In this document: positions 9,471 through 17,514 of the stretch, piece by piece | Layout of the letters: each line of letters begins with the position of its first letter | How positions within the stretch are numbered: position 1 is the first letter of the stretch | Assembly: GCA_030646555.1 (NCBI GenBank) | Contig: JAUSKP010000010.1 | Location: 1 to 57,499 of the forward strand | Source: a bacterium | Lineage (GTDB): Bacteria > Patescibacteriota > Minisyncoccia > UBA6257 > 02-FULL-45-10c | Reading direction: 5' to 3' | DNA length: 57,499 nucleotides | Notes under the pieces: model-generated | What the model was told of the DNA's origin: nothing | Database searches by the model: none | The model's input: the letters and a program-made list of their open reading frames with translations, nothing else | Position numbers and translations under genes: made by a program

Positions 9471-9845
9471 TTATTTGGGAGGAACCGACAGATAATAGCC
9501 ATCCAGGACCGCAAACTTCTTAGGCGGATTATTGTCTAAGAGATAGGCGACTAAGTGGCCGCCCGGACCCCGGATAACCACTGCATACTTCATTGAGCCC
9601 GCGTTGTCGGGATTAACGAGCACCGAACTCATGGTCTCATAGATAGCATTGCGTTCAAAATCTGTGTCTACGAGTTTAAGTTTGCCGACGCCATCTCTAT
9701 ATACCATTGCTGAGCCTATCAGGATACATGCAATGGCCAAAATAAAATACGGTACCGGAGCACAATCGTCACCTTTTTCTATGGACACCCCAGCGAAAAT
9801 GGCGGCGAGAAGCCCCATCACTAACAGAATTATTGCAAGCGTCAT
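9471..9845 (-). CDS. 124-aa protein with two N-terminal TM helices and a soluble C-terminal domain (unit 2)
   Basis: ATG at 9843-9845 directly after leader cassette copy 2. Ends ...SVPPK. Confidence 0.65.
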   Translation of the reverse strand: MTLAIILLVMGLLAAIFAGVSIEKGDDCAPVPYFILAIACILIGSAMVYRDGVGKLKLVDTDFERNAIYETMSSVLVNPDNAGSMKYAVVIRGPGGHLVAYLLDNNPPKKFAVLDGYYLSVPPK

Positions 9846-9932
9846 ATTTCCTTCCCCCTTTGCGTTTTACGTTCGCAAAAACGAATTAACGATCTGTTTA
9901 GTATTAAACAGTAGAATGATAAGTTAGTCAAA
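9846..9932 (-). promoter_or_regulatory. conserved promoter/operator/5' leader cassette, copy 2 of 3
   Basis: Near-identical to 10229-10316. TTGACT, -10 TTTAAT overlapped by CTGTTTA-ATAC-TAAACAG, and the same GCGAACGTAAAACGCAAA leader. Confidence 0.65.
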
Positions 9933-9945
9933 CTTTTTAAAAAAC

Positions 9946-9974
9946 AAAGCCCCAAATGTGATGTCTGGGGCTTT
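9946..9974 (-). terminator. rho-independent terminator of unit 3
   Basis: AAAGCCCCAGACATCACATTTGGGGCTTT plus a T-run in minus sense. Confidence 0.75.
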
Positions 9975-9979
9975 TTGAT

Positions 9980-10228
9980 TTATGCTATTAACCAAACTTC
10001 TTTTACCATATCAGTTATTCCATTTTCGGGAGGTTCGAAATAAACCAAATTACCTATATTTAAATCGTTAGGATTAATTTCTCCGCAGCGCTTAATCCCT
10101 TCTTTATCTATCAAGCCAGCAAATAATCCAATTGTAAAAATATATGTTCTTTCATTTTCGTCAATAATAATTCCGTGACCAAAAGGCTTATGAATTTCAT
10201 TTAAACAAGCTATTTTCCCCTTCGGCAT
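9980..10228 (-). CDS. 82-aa small protein, possibly a divergent cold-shock/OB-like fold (unit 3)
   Basis: Start trimmed to the ATG at 10226-10228, preceded by AAAGGAGGAAGG. The longer track ORF runs through the leader cassette. The GKIACLNE..KPFGHGIIID....YIF pattern is loosely CSD-like. Confidence 0.55.
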   Translation of the reverse strand: MPKGKIACLNEIHKPFGHGIIIDENERTYIFTIGLFAGLIDKEGIKRCGEINPNDLNIGNLVYFEPPENGITDMVKEVWLIA

Positions 10229-10316
10229 ATTTCCTTCCTCCTTTTGCGTTTTACGTTCGCAAAAACGAATTAACGATCTGTTTAGTATTAAACAGTAGAA
10301 CGATATGTTAGTCAAT
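10229..10316 (-). promoter_or_regulatory. conserved promoter/operator/5' leader cassette, copy 3 of 3
   Basis: TTGACTAACATATCGTTCTACTGTTTAATACTAAACAGATCGTTAATTCGTTTTTGCGAACGTAAAACGCAAAAGGAGG in mRNA sense. Confidence 0.65.
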
Positions 10317-10352
10317 AGCAATATTTTTTAAGAAATAAAACGGGCTGGATTC

Positions 10353-10374
10353 CCCTGCCTGCCGGCAGGCAGGG
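10353..10374. repeat. family P palindrome (CCCTGCCTGCCGGCAGGCAGGG)
   Basis: Perfect palindrome. Copies at 10547, 14195, 21350, 36877 and 39176. Confidence 0.85.
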
Positions 10375-10388
10375 ATCTATCCGTTTTG

Positions 10389-10423
10389 AGATTGCCGCGC
10401 TCCCTCCGGTCGCTCGCAATGAC
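10389..10423. repeat. half copy of family A repeat
   Basis: agattgccgcgc...cgctcgcaatgac equals the right arm of family A. Confidence 0.7.
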
Positions 10424-10438
10424 AGACACAATTATAAA

Positions 10439-10465
10439 TTGGCAGTCTATTGACGAGAGTGCTAA
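10439..10465 (+). promoter_or_regulatory. CIRCE operator (HrcA binding site) upstream of hrcA
   Basis: TTGGCAGTC-N9-GAGTGCTAA versus consensus TTAGCACTC-N9-GAGTGCTAA. The right half is perfect and the left half matches 7/9. Confidence 0.75.
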
Positions 10466-10479
10466 TTGTGATTTATAAT
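10450..10479 (+). promoter_or_regulatory. sigma-70-type promoter of the hrcA operon
   Basis: TTGACG-18 nt-TATAAT, overlapped by CIRCE. Confidence 0.65.
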
Positions 10480-10498
10480 GGAATATAATTATTTTATC

Positions 10499-10578
10499 GT
10501 CATTGCGAGTGCCGCCGAAGCAATCTAGATTGCCGCGTCGCAGACTCCTGCCTACCGGCAGGCGGGCCTCGCAATGAC
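10499..10578. repeat. family A element with a nested family P palindrome, in the hrcA 5' UTR
   Basis: gtcattgcgagtgccgccgaagcaatctagattgccgcgtcgcagactc[ctgcctaccggcaggcggg]cctcgcaatgac. Confidence 0.85.
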
Positions 10579-10589
10579 AGAAAAATACT

Positions 10590-11318
10590 ATGGACGAACA
10601 AAATAGAACGCTTAAAATTTTAGAAGCCGCAATCCAGGAATTTATAAACGAGGGCGAACCGGTCAGTTCCAAGCAGATCGCCGAGAAATATAAATTTGGA
10701 GTAAAGGACGCGACTATCCGCTCTGAACTTAATGCTTTGACAGAGTCCGGTTTTTTGAACCAGCCGCACACTTCCGGAGGGCGCGTCCCCACCGACAAGG
10801 GCTATCAATTTTTAGCCAATCGAGTAATGCAGGACGTGCTTGATTCTATGGACAATTTCCATCAGCGCTTCAACAGAATGGTCAATCTGATGGGAAATAA
10901 CGGATTGGAAAATTTTGTGAGCCGAGTTTCGCAGGACACGAAACTTTTAAGCGCCGGGTTTAGCAATAAGGACAATGAGGCATATAAGATGGGTCTGGAC
11001 GAACTATTTGACCAGTTGGAAATAAGCAGCCGCGAAGATTTCTGCCAAGTGGCAAAAGATTTTGAGATGCTGGATGAAAGAATGGAAAATCTGCCACGAA
11101 TCATTGAAAAGTCAGATTCTCCGCAGATATTTATCGGCAAGAAAAGCCCTATCACTCAAAGCGAACATTTATCCGTAATAATTGATTCCTATGACATAAA
11201 CGGCAGTAAATTCTATCTCGCGTTGATTGGCCCCAAGAGAATGGATTATGAAAAAAATGTAAAATACCTAAAAAATATTAAAAATCAAAAAACGAAAGTT
11301 AAGAAAATAAATAATTAA
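10590..11318 (+). CDS. hrcA: heat-inducible transcription repressor HrcA (short form)
   Basis: N-terminal wHTH (EGEPVSSKQIAEKY...ATIRSELNALTESGFLNQPHTSGGRVPTDKGY). Position upstream of grpE-dnaK, with CIRCE upstream. Confidence 0.85.
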   Translation: MDEQNRTLKILEAAIQEFINEGEPVSSKQIAEKYKFGVKDATIRSELNALTESGFLNQPHTSGGRVPTDKGYQFLANRVMQDVLDSMDNFHQRFNRMVNLMGNNGLENFVSRVSQDTKLLSAGFSNKDNEAYKMGLDELFDQLEISSREDFCQVAKDFEMLDERMENLPRIIEKSDSPQIFIGKKSPITQSEHLSVIIDSYDINGSKFYLALIGPKRMDYEKNVKYLKNIKNQKTKVKKINN

Positions 11319-11325
11319 AATAGTT

Positions 11326-11385
11326 GTCATTGCGAGTGCCGCCGAAGCAATCTAGATTGCCACGTCGCAGACTCCTCGCAATGAC
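11326..11385. repeat. family A palindromic element (60 bp)
   Basis: gtcattgcgagtgccgccgaagcaatctagattgccacgtcgcagactcctcgcaatgac. Confidence 0.9.
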
Positions 11386-11408
11386 GGAAATTATTAAAAA
11401 TAAACGAA

Positions 11409-11957
11409 ATGGAAAAAAACAAAAACAATCCACAAAATAATAATCCTCCAGTAAATGAACCCATAGATGGTTCGACAGGCTCACCACTTAAGGAAATCGA
11501 AGAAAAGTTAATTAAATGCGAGAAGGAAAAAGAAGAATATTTGAACGGATGGAAGCGGGCGAAGGCAGATTCCATAAATCAGCAAAAGGACGAATTGAAA
11601 AGAATGGAAGAAATTATGAAATTCGCAAATGCGGATATTATAAAAGATCTGCTCTTGGTCCTGGACAGCTTTGAACTATCACTGCTTGCCACCAAAGATC
11701 CGGAAGCGAAAAATAGTTCGACAAGCTCACTACGAGAAGGAATTGAAATTATCTATTCCCAGCTTGAAAAAATATTGAACAAACAAGGACTGGAAAAGAT
11801 TAAGGCTTTGGGAGAAAAATTTGACCCGGCGCTCCACGAAGCCATGCTGCAGGAAGAGTCAGATAAAGAAAGCGGAACGATCTTGGAAGAAATGGTCAAA
11901 GGTTGGAAATTGAACGGAAAAGTAATACGGCCGACGAAAGTCAGAATAGCAAAATAA
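11409..11957 (+). CDS. grpE: nucleotide exchange factor GrpE
   Basis: Coiled-coil N-terminus. RAKADSINQQKD, DLLLVLDSFE and KFDPALHEAM motifs. Between hrcA and dnaK. Confidence 0.9.
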   Translation: MEKNKNNPQNNNPPVNEPIDGSTGSPLKEIEEKLIKCEKEKEEYLNGWKRAKADSINQQKDELKRMEEIMKFANADIIKDLLLVLDSFELSLLATKDPEAKNSSTSSLREGIEIIYSQLEKILNKQGLEKIKALGEKFDPALHEAMLQEESDKESGTILEEMVKGWKLNGKVIRPTKVRIAK

Positions 11958-11975
11958 AGTAATTAACGAATATCC

Positions 11976-12047
11976 GTCATTGCGAGGCAACCGAAGCAAT
12001 CTATCTAACTTTACTAGATTGCCACGTCGCGGACTCCTCGCAATGAC
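11976..12047. repeat. family A palindromic element
   Basis: gtcattgcgaggcaaccgaagcaatct...agattgccacgtcgcggactcctcgcaatgac. Confidence 0.9.
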
Positions 12048-12088
12048 AGACAAAGAATATAAATTATAAATAATAAATAAAAAAATAT

Positions 12089-13993
12089 ATGTCAAAAATA
12101 ATTGGAATAGACTTAGGAACAACTAATTCAGCGGTATCAGTGGTGGTTGATGGTCAGACAAAAATTTTAGAAAATGCCGAAGGAGCGCGCACAACGCCTT
12201 CCATCGTCGCCTTAAATAAAGCCAATGAAAGATTGAGTGGTCTTTTGGCTAAAAGACAGGCGGTAACCAATCCAAAGAATACGATTTTTTCGGTTAAGAG
12301 GCTTATCGGCAGAAAATTTTCCGACGCGGAAGTACAAAATGACAAGAAATGGCTCACTTATGATCTGCGCGCGTCATCTACCGGCGGAGTAGAGATAAAA
12401 ATGGGAGACAAGTGGTACACGCCGGAAGAAATTTCGGCCATGATTTTGGCCAAATTAAAAGCTGATGCCGAAGCCAAACTTGGAGAACAAATCACCGAAG
12501 CCATCATCACAGTCCCCGCTTATTTTGACGACAGCCAAAGACAGGCGACAAAAAATGCCGGTGAAATTGCCGGACTTAAGGTCAGAAGAATTATCAACGA
12601 ACCGACCGCGGCCGCGCTGGCTTATGGTTTAAACAAGCAAAAAAATGAGCAGGTCGCTGTTTACGATTTCGGCGGAGGAACTTTTGATATTTCCATTTTG
12701 GAAGTGGATTTTGACAAGCTTGGCGGAGATGTAAAAGTTTTAGCTACCGGCGGAGACACGCACCTTGGCGGCGATGACTTTGATAAGAAAATAAACGAAT
12801 ACCTTGTTTCTGAGTATAAAAAACGGGAAGGAATAGATCTTTCAAAAGATCCTTTGGCCATACAAAGACTTAAAGAAGCCGCCGAAAGAGCCAAGCACGA
12901 ACTTTCCACTTCTTTTGAAACAGAGATCAATCTTCCATATATCACTTCCGACGCAACGGGCCCAAAACATTTCTTGCTAAAACTTTCCAGGGCAAAACTG
13001 GAAGAATTGGTTAAAGACTATATTGATAGGTCTATTGAGCTCACTAAAAAAGCCGTAAAAGACGCGGGACTGGAAATAAAAGATATTGATGAAGTGGTAA
13101 TGGTCGGCGGACAAACAAGAATGCCGGCAATTCAAGAAGCTGTTAAAAAAGCTTTCGGAAAAGAACCCCATCAAGGCGTAAACCCGGACGAAGTCGTGGC
13201 TATCGGCGCCGGAATTCAAGGCGAAATTCTATCAGCCAAAGATGAAGGCAGAAAACCCGAGGGCGACATAAAAGACGTTCTTCTTTTGGACGTCACTCCC
13301 CTTTCTTTGGGCATAGAAACCATGGGCGGAGTGTTTACCAAAATCATTGAAAAAAATACCACAATCCCGACCGCAAAGTCCCAGGTATTTTCTACCGCCG
13401 CGGACAATCAAACCTCCGTTGAAATTCACATTTTACAGGGAGAAAGAGAAATGGCTTCCGGAAATAGAACTTTAGCTAAATTTATTTTAGACGGAATTCC
13501 GCCATCTCCAAGGGGTATGCCTCAAGTTGAAGTAAATTTTGATATAGACGCAAACGGTATTTTAAGCGTGTCGGCCAAAGACAAAGCTTCCGGCAAAGTT
13601 CAGTCTGTAAAAATTGAGGCCAGCACCAATCTTTCAAAAGAAGAAATTGAAAAATTAAAAAATGAGGCTGTTAAATATGCTGAAGAAGACAGAAAGAAAA
13701 AAGATCTCGCCGAAGCTCACAACCACGCAGAAACCCTGATCTATACCGCCGAAAAAGCTTTGAAGGAAGCCGGTGAAAAAGTGACTCAAGAAATTAAAGA
13801 TTCCGTCGGCAAGAAGATTGAGTCTTTGAAAGAATTAAAAACGGGCACCGATGCCGAAGCCATCAAAAAAGCCACCGAGGAGCTATCTTCTGAAATGCAA
13901 AAGATCGGCCAAGCTATGTATGAAAAAAATGGCTCGCAACAACCGAACGAAGATCAGAAACCAAATGAAAACCCCCAGACAAACGAAAAATAA
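12089..13993 (+). CDS. dnaK: molecular chaperone DnaK (Hsp70)
   Basis: [18 protein letters not shown] and [10 protein letters not shown] motifs. 634 aa. Confidence 0.97.
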   Translation: MSKIIGIDLGTTNSAVSVVVDGQTKILENAEGARTTPSIVALNKANERLSGLLAKRQAVTNPKNTIFSVKRLIGRKFSDAEVQNDKKWLTYDLRASSTGGVEIKMGDKWYTPEEISAMILAKLKADAEAKLGEQITEAIITVPAYFDDSQRQATKNAGEIAGLKVRRIINEPTAAALAYGLNKQKNEQVAVYDFGGGTFDISILEVDFDKLGGDVKVLATGGDTHLGGDDFDKKINEYLVSEYKKREGIDLSKDPLAIQRLKEAAERAKHELSTSFETEINLPYITSDATGPKHFLLKLSRAKLEELVKDYIDRSIELTKKAVKDAGLEIKDIDEVVMVGGQTRMPAIQEAVKKAFGKEPHQGVNPDEVVAIGAGIQGEILSAKDEGRKPEGDIKDVLLLDVTPLSLGIETMGGVFTKIIEKNTTIPTAKSQVFSTAADNQTSVEIHILQGEREMASGNRTLAKFILDGIPPSPRGMPQVEVNFDIDANGILSVSAKDKASGKVQSVKIEASTNLSKEEIEKLKNEAVKYAEEDRKKKDLAEAHNHAETLIYTAEKALKEAGEKVTQEIKDSVGKKIESLKELKTGTDAEAIKKATEELSSEMQKIGQAMYEKNGSQQPNEDQKPNENPQTNEK

Positions 13994-14079
13994 ATCCCGC
14001 CACCTTTTGGTACGAATTGACAGCAATGGCAATGTTATCTAATCACTATTTGTAACTCATACACCAAAAGGTGCGGGAT
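13994..14079. repeat. inverted-repeat element, family D2
   Basis: Arms atcccgccaccttttggt / accaaaaggtgcgggat. Confidence 0.8.
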
Positions 14080-14125
14080 AAACAAGAATAATTTGTGATA
14101 TAATTTAAAGAGATGAAATCTCCTT

Positions 14126-14188
14126 ACCCTGTTAAATCTTTTGCTGAAAAGCAAAAGAAAATCAAAGATTTTATTTAACAGGGTGCTC
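14126..14188. repeat. family C MITE-like element (ACCCTGTTAAAT ... ATTTAACAGGGTGCTC)
   Basis: Same terminal inverted repeats as those bounding the GIY-YIG ORF at 43336-43625. Opposite orientation. Confidence 0.8.
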
Positions 14189-14194
14189 ATTTTT

Positions 14195-14215
14195 GCCTGC
14201 CTACCGCAGGCAGGC
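14195..14215. repeat. family P palindrome
   Basis: gcctgcctaccgcaggcaggc. Confidence 0.75.
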
Positions 14216-14268
14216 AGCTGATCGGGCTGCGTTAAATAAATTAACTTGCCCTCTCGGGCAAAAATGGC

Positions 14269-15216
14269 ATGTTCAACACAAACAATAATTCAAATTTGCT
14301 TCAGAAAAATGCAACCGCGGAAGTAGATACCTCCATCCTAAAAATTTCAATATTGTCTGGGATAGGCCTTCTTGCGGCTATTGCTTCAAGTTATTTTGCC
14401 GGTCTTACATATGAAGGACCGGGCGCCGGCAATTTTACTTGGGCAGCGGTATCTATCTTTATATTTATCATCGTTTTTTTTCTGCAAACTTTATTTGTTA
14501 AATCAAAAAATTTCAATTTGCTTATCGCTTTGGGCGAAACGCTTGGACTGGCCTCTTTTTTTATTTTAAAAAATTATTCTTTTATACTATTAATAGCAAT
14601 AGCCCTCACCTATCTGGCGCTTCACGTTTCAATCAAAAAAAGCCAGCAAGAGCTTAAAAATCAATTAGTACTTAATGTCGCCAAGATTGCTAAATTTTCA
14701 GTGCCAAAAATAGTTACCGCCGTTGTTATTCTAATCTCTATAACTTATTCCCAGCCGTTTTTCCCTGAGAATATTAATGTGTCTAAAAGCCTGATAAAGA
14801 GCCTCATAGCTCCGTCTGAAATGATCATTAAAATAGCCGACAATTATTTAAAAATGGGATTTAAAAATTTCTCGGTTGATATGACTATTCCCCAAATAGC
14901 CAAAGAAACTGGCTTGCCGAAAGAATTAATAGCGGCGCAATTTCAGGGCATAGGAATAAATATAAAATCCAATGAAAGCGTTCTTGACGGAGTTTATAAT
15001 TTTATAAATGAGAAAATAAAGAATCTTAATCAGACCGTAAGATGGATTATTTTTGTATCAATGTTCTTCTTGATATTTTTAACTATCAAAAGCTTTTTCT
15101 GGATGTTTTATTGGCTCATTTATCTTCTCATTTATCTTTTCTATGAAATACTCATGGCTCTGGGTTTCTGCAAGCTTACCTATCAACAGATCAGCAAGGA
15201 AATCATAGTCCTATAA
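14269..15216 (+). CDS. polytopic membrane protein of unknown function (between dnaK and dnaJ)
   Basis: 315-aa ORF with multiple long hydrophobic segments. No recognisable motif. Confidence 0.65.
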   Translation: MFNTNNNSNLLQKNATAEVDTSILKISILSGIGLLAAIASSYFAGLTYEGPGAGNFTWAAVSIFIFIIVFFLQTLFVKSKNFNLLIALGETLGLASFFILKNYSFILLIAIALTYLALHVSIKKSQQELKNQLVLNVAKIAKFSVPKIVTAVVILISITYSQPFFPENINVSKSLIKSLIAPSEMIIKIADNYLKMGFKNFSVDMTIPQIAKETGLPKELIAAQFQGIGINIKSNESVLDGVYNFINEKIKNLNQTVRWIIFVSMFFLIFLTIKSFFWMFYWLIYLLIYLFYEILMALGFCKLTYQQISKEIIVL

Positions 15217-15221
15217 TAATC

Positions 15222-15291
15222 AACGAATAACGAATTAGTACGAATGAGCGAATTCTTAATATCCCAATTATCTTTTATTCGTATATTCGTG
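15222..15291. repeat. family E inverted-repeat element (AACGAATAACGAATT.GTACGAATGAGCGAAT ... ATTCGTATATTCGT)
   Basis: Shares arms with 29031-29160. Confidence 0.75.
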
Positions 15292-15320
15292 ATTTTATTA
15301 GTTATTAGATGATTTAATTT

Positions 15321-16436
15321 ATGAAAAAAGATTACTACCAAATACTGGGGGTTAATAAAGACGCATCTTCAGAGCAACTGAAAGATGCCTATAGAAAACT
15401 CGCCCACAAGCATCATCCTGATAAATCAGGCGGAGATGAAAAAAAATTCAAAGAAATGAACGAAGCCTATCAAATCCTGTCCAACAAAGAAAAACGCGCG
15501 CAGTATGATCAATTTGGCGACTCCTTCAGCAATATGGGCCAGGGCGGAGGATACAGCCATTCCCAGGGCAATCCTTTTGCCGGTTTTGACTTCGGCGGAT
15601 TTAGCCAGGGAAATAGTATGGGCGGCGATTTTGGCGATTTAGGAGATATTTTTGAAACATTTTTTGGGGGCGGTTCCGGAAGAGGAAGATCTTCGGCTAG
15701 CAGAAAAAGAAGGGGGGCTGACCTAGAAACACTGCAAGAAATATCACTTGAGGATGCCTTTATGGGCGCAAATAAAGAATTAACTTTTCATGTATCTGTT
15801 AAATGTAAGACGTGTTCCGGATTAGGCCATATGGAAAAAGAAGGTTCTGAAAAATGCTCTACTTGCGATGGAAGGGGCGAAGTAAAAGAAATAAAGAAAA
15901 CTTTTTTTGGACAATTTGCGCAAGTAAGAGCGTGTCCAAAATGCGAAGGCGCTGGGCAAATACCCAAAAAAGCCTGCAAAGAATGTTCGGGTTCCGGAAA
16001 GATCAAAGAAAGAAAAACGATCGGTTTTTTTATTGCGCCTGGAATTAATGACGGACAGATTATTAAAATAGCCGGGGCCGGAGAAGCGGGAGAAAAAGGA
16101 GCTGAATCTGGAGATCTATATGTAAGAATTAAAATTCTCCCCCACCCCGTTTTTCAGAGAAAAGAAAATGGTCTTTACATCAAAAGAGAAGTTGGTTTAA
16201 CTGACTTGCTTTTGAATAAAAAAATAGAAATTCCCGTGATTTCCGGCGGAAAAATAAACATAGAAATACCCGAAGGATTTTATATCCAGGAAAAACTTAT
16301 TGTTCCAAACGAAGGCATGCCAAAATTTGAAGGAAGAGGCCGGGGCAATCTCTATGTAGAATTCAAAACCAAGACTCCTAAAAAATTAAGCTCGAAAGCT
16401 AAGAAGTTTTTAGAGGATCTGGAAAAAGAATTATAA
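15321..16436 (+). CDS. dnaJ: co-chaperone DnaJ
   Basis: J domain with HPD (KHHPDK), G/F-rich linker and four CxxCxGxG zinc-finger repeats. Confidence 0.95.
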   Translation: MKKDYYQILGVNKDASSEQLKDAYRKLAHKHHPDKSGGDEKKFKEMNEAYQILSNKEKRAQYDQFGDSFSNMGQGGGYSHSQGNPFAGFDFGGFSQGNSMGGDFGDLGDIFETFFGGGSGRGRSSASRKRRGADLETLQEISLEDAFMGANKELTFHVSVKCKTCSGLGHMEKEGSEKCSTCDGRGEVKEIKKTFFGQFAQVRACPKCEGAGQIPKKACKECSGSGKIKERKTIGFFIAPGINDGQIIKIAGAGEAGEKGAESGDLYVRIKILPHPVFQRKENGLYIKREVGLTDLLLNKKIEIPVISGGKINIEIPEGFYIQEKLIVPNEGMPKFEGRGRGNLYVEFKTKTPKKLSSKAKKFLEDLEKEL

Positions 16437-16448
16437 CCCCCATCTAAA

Positions 16449-17072
16449 ATGCGCTTCAAATTCGGCAAATTTCAATTTTTTGGAATGGCTCTTGTGGTCA
16501 TATTATTTGGCATCAGCATTTGGTATCCGCAAAACTACTATAAACAAGGCAAGGTCGTAGTGGCTTTTGGGGATAGTTTAACTAGGGGGTATGGAATGGT
16601 TCCTCCTGGTAAAAATTATGTGGTTTTTTTGTCTGAATACATTCATGTTCCGATCATCAATTCAGGAAAGACCGGAGACACTACTTCGGACGCGCTGGTA
16701 AGGCTCCAAGCTGATGTTTTAGACAAAAAACCGGACATCGTAATAGTATTTCTGGGAGGCAATGATTATTTCATGGGATATAATCCAGAAGTCATTAAGG
16801 CCAATTTAGCAACGATGATCAAAAAAATACGGGGCATTGGCGCAAAAGTAATTTTAATAGGCACTACTTCGCAAATACAGCCGGAATACGAAAGCGTGAT
16901 CAAGCAAGTGGCAACCGACGAAAAAGTTTTTGCCTATATCCCAGGAATTTTAGATGGCATACTTTTTAGAAAAGATCTGCTTTATGATACTATCCATCCC
17001 AATGATAAAGGACACGAACTGGTTGCCCAAAAAATATTACCAGTTCTACAAGGAGCGTTGAATGAAAATTAA
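16449..17072 (+). CDS. SGNH/GDSL-family hydrolase
   Basis: Block I VVAFGDSLTRGYG, block III GGND, block V DTIHPN. N-terminal TM or signal anchor. Confidence 0.8.
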   Translation: MRFKFGKFQFFGMALVVILFGISIWYPQNYYKQGKVVVAFGDSLTRGYGMVPPGKNYVVFLSEYIHVPIINSGKTGDTTSDALVRLQADVLDKKPDIVIVFLGGNDYFMGYNPEVIKANLATMIKKIRGIGAKVILIGTTSQIQPEYESVIKQVATDEKVFAYIPGILDGILFRKDLLYDTIHPNDKGHELVAQKILPVLQGALNEN

Positions 17073-17075
17073 ATT

Positions 17076-17103
17076 AAAAAGCCGGCCTTGATGCCGGTTT
17101 TTT
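17076..17103. terminator. bidirectional terminator hairpin
   Basis: aaaaa-gCCGGCcttgatGCCGGt-ttttt. Confidence 0.6.
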
Positions 17104-17108
17104 AATTG

Positions 17109-17173
17109 TGCCCCCACATGGAACCCCAGCACTACAGCCAAGCTGAGTGCGGGACACGGTCGGACCCATGGTT
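17109..17173 (-). pseudogene. duplicated tRNA-Lys 3' portion (T-arm plus acceptor) with a 36-nt hairpin insert in the T-loop
   Basis: Minus sense: AACCATGGGTCCGA[CCGTGTCCCGCACTCAGCTTGGCTGTAGTGCTGGGG]TTCCATGTGGGGGCA. 18 bp are identical to the tRNA-Lys 3' end. No D or anticodon arm. Confidence 0.7.
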
Positions 17174-17229
17174 AATGCTTTTGGTTGGCAGCGAGTTAAG
17201 AATAAAAACTGATTAAGTTCCGCACATTG

Positions 17230-17300
17230 TGCCCCCACATGGAATCGGACCATGGTCAATTGCTTAAAAGGCAACTGCTTTACCATTAAGCTATGGGGGC
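17230..17300 (-). tRNA. tRNA-Lys (anticodon TTT)
   Basis: Manual cloverleaf: GCCCCCA/TGGGGGC acceptor, anticodon arm GTTGC-CTTTTAA-GCAAT, T-arm CATGG-TCCGATT-CCATG. Confidence 0.9.
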
Positions 17301-17382
17301 AGGGATAATTTCTAATTATTAGATTACTTTACAATAAAAAATGTTAAAAATCAATCACTTTTGTGATATAATTAATCTATGA

Positions 17383-17514
17383 ATCCCGCACATAACAAAG
17401 ACCAATTTAAAATTATTTGTGCGAGAAAGTCGTATAATCTCAAAAACTTTTAAACAAATTAAGATAATAAAGTCAGAGAAAGCTTTGCTTTCCAGTCTTT
17501 GTTATGTGCGGGAT
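17383..17514. repeat. family D MITE-like element (18-bp TIR ATCCCGCACATAACAAAG)
   Basis: Arms atcccgcacataacaaag / ctttgttatgtgcgggat. The internal end aaagtcagagaaagctttgctttc is homologous to copy 27697-27830. The right TIR contains the first ATG of the CorA-like ORF. Confidence 0.85.

Noticed and set aside
10328-10798. 156-aa minus-strand ORF spanning the hrcA promoter region
   Set aside because: Its sequence is a concatenation of translated repeat elements (families A and P: SLPAGRQG, HCEARL.. etc.). It runs antisense through the start of hrcA and over CIRCE, so it is not a gene.
17105-17229. Possibility that the tRNA-Lys-like duplicate is a functional intron-containing or T-loop-interrupted tRNA gene
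   Set aside because: Upstream of the T-arm I could not find a matching 5' acceptor strand (GCCCCCA), a D-arm or a canonical 5-bp/7-nt anticodon arm. It is kept as a fragment or minihelix only.
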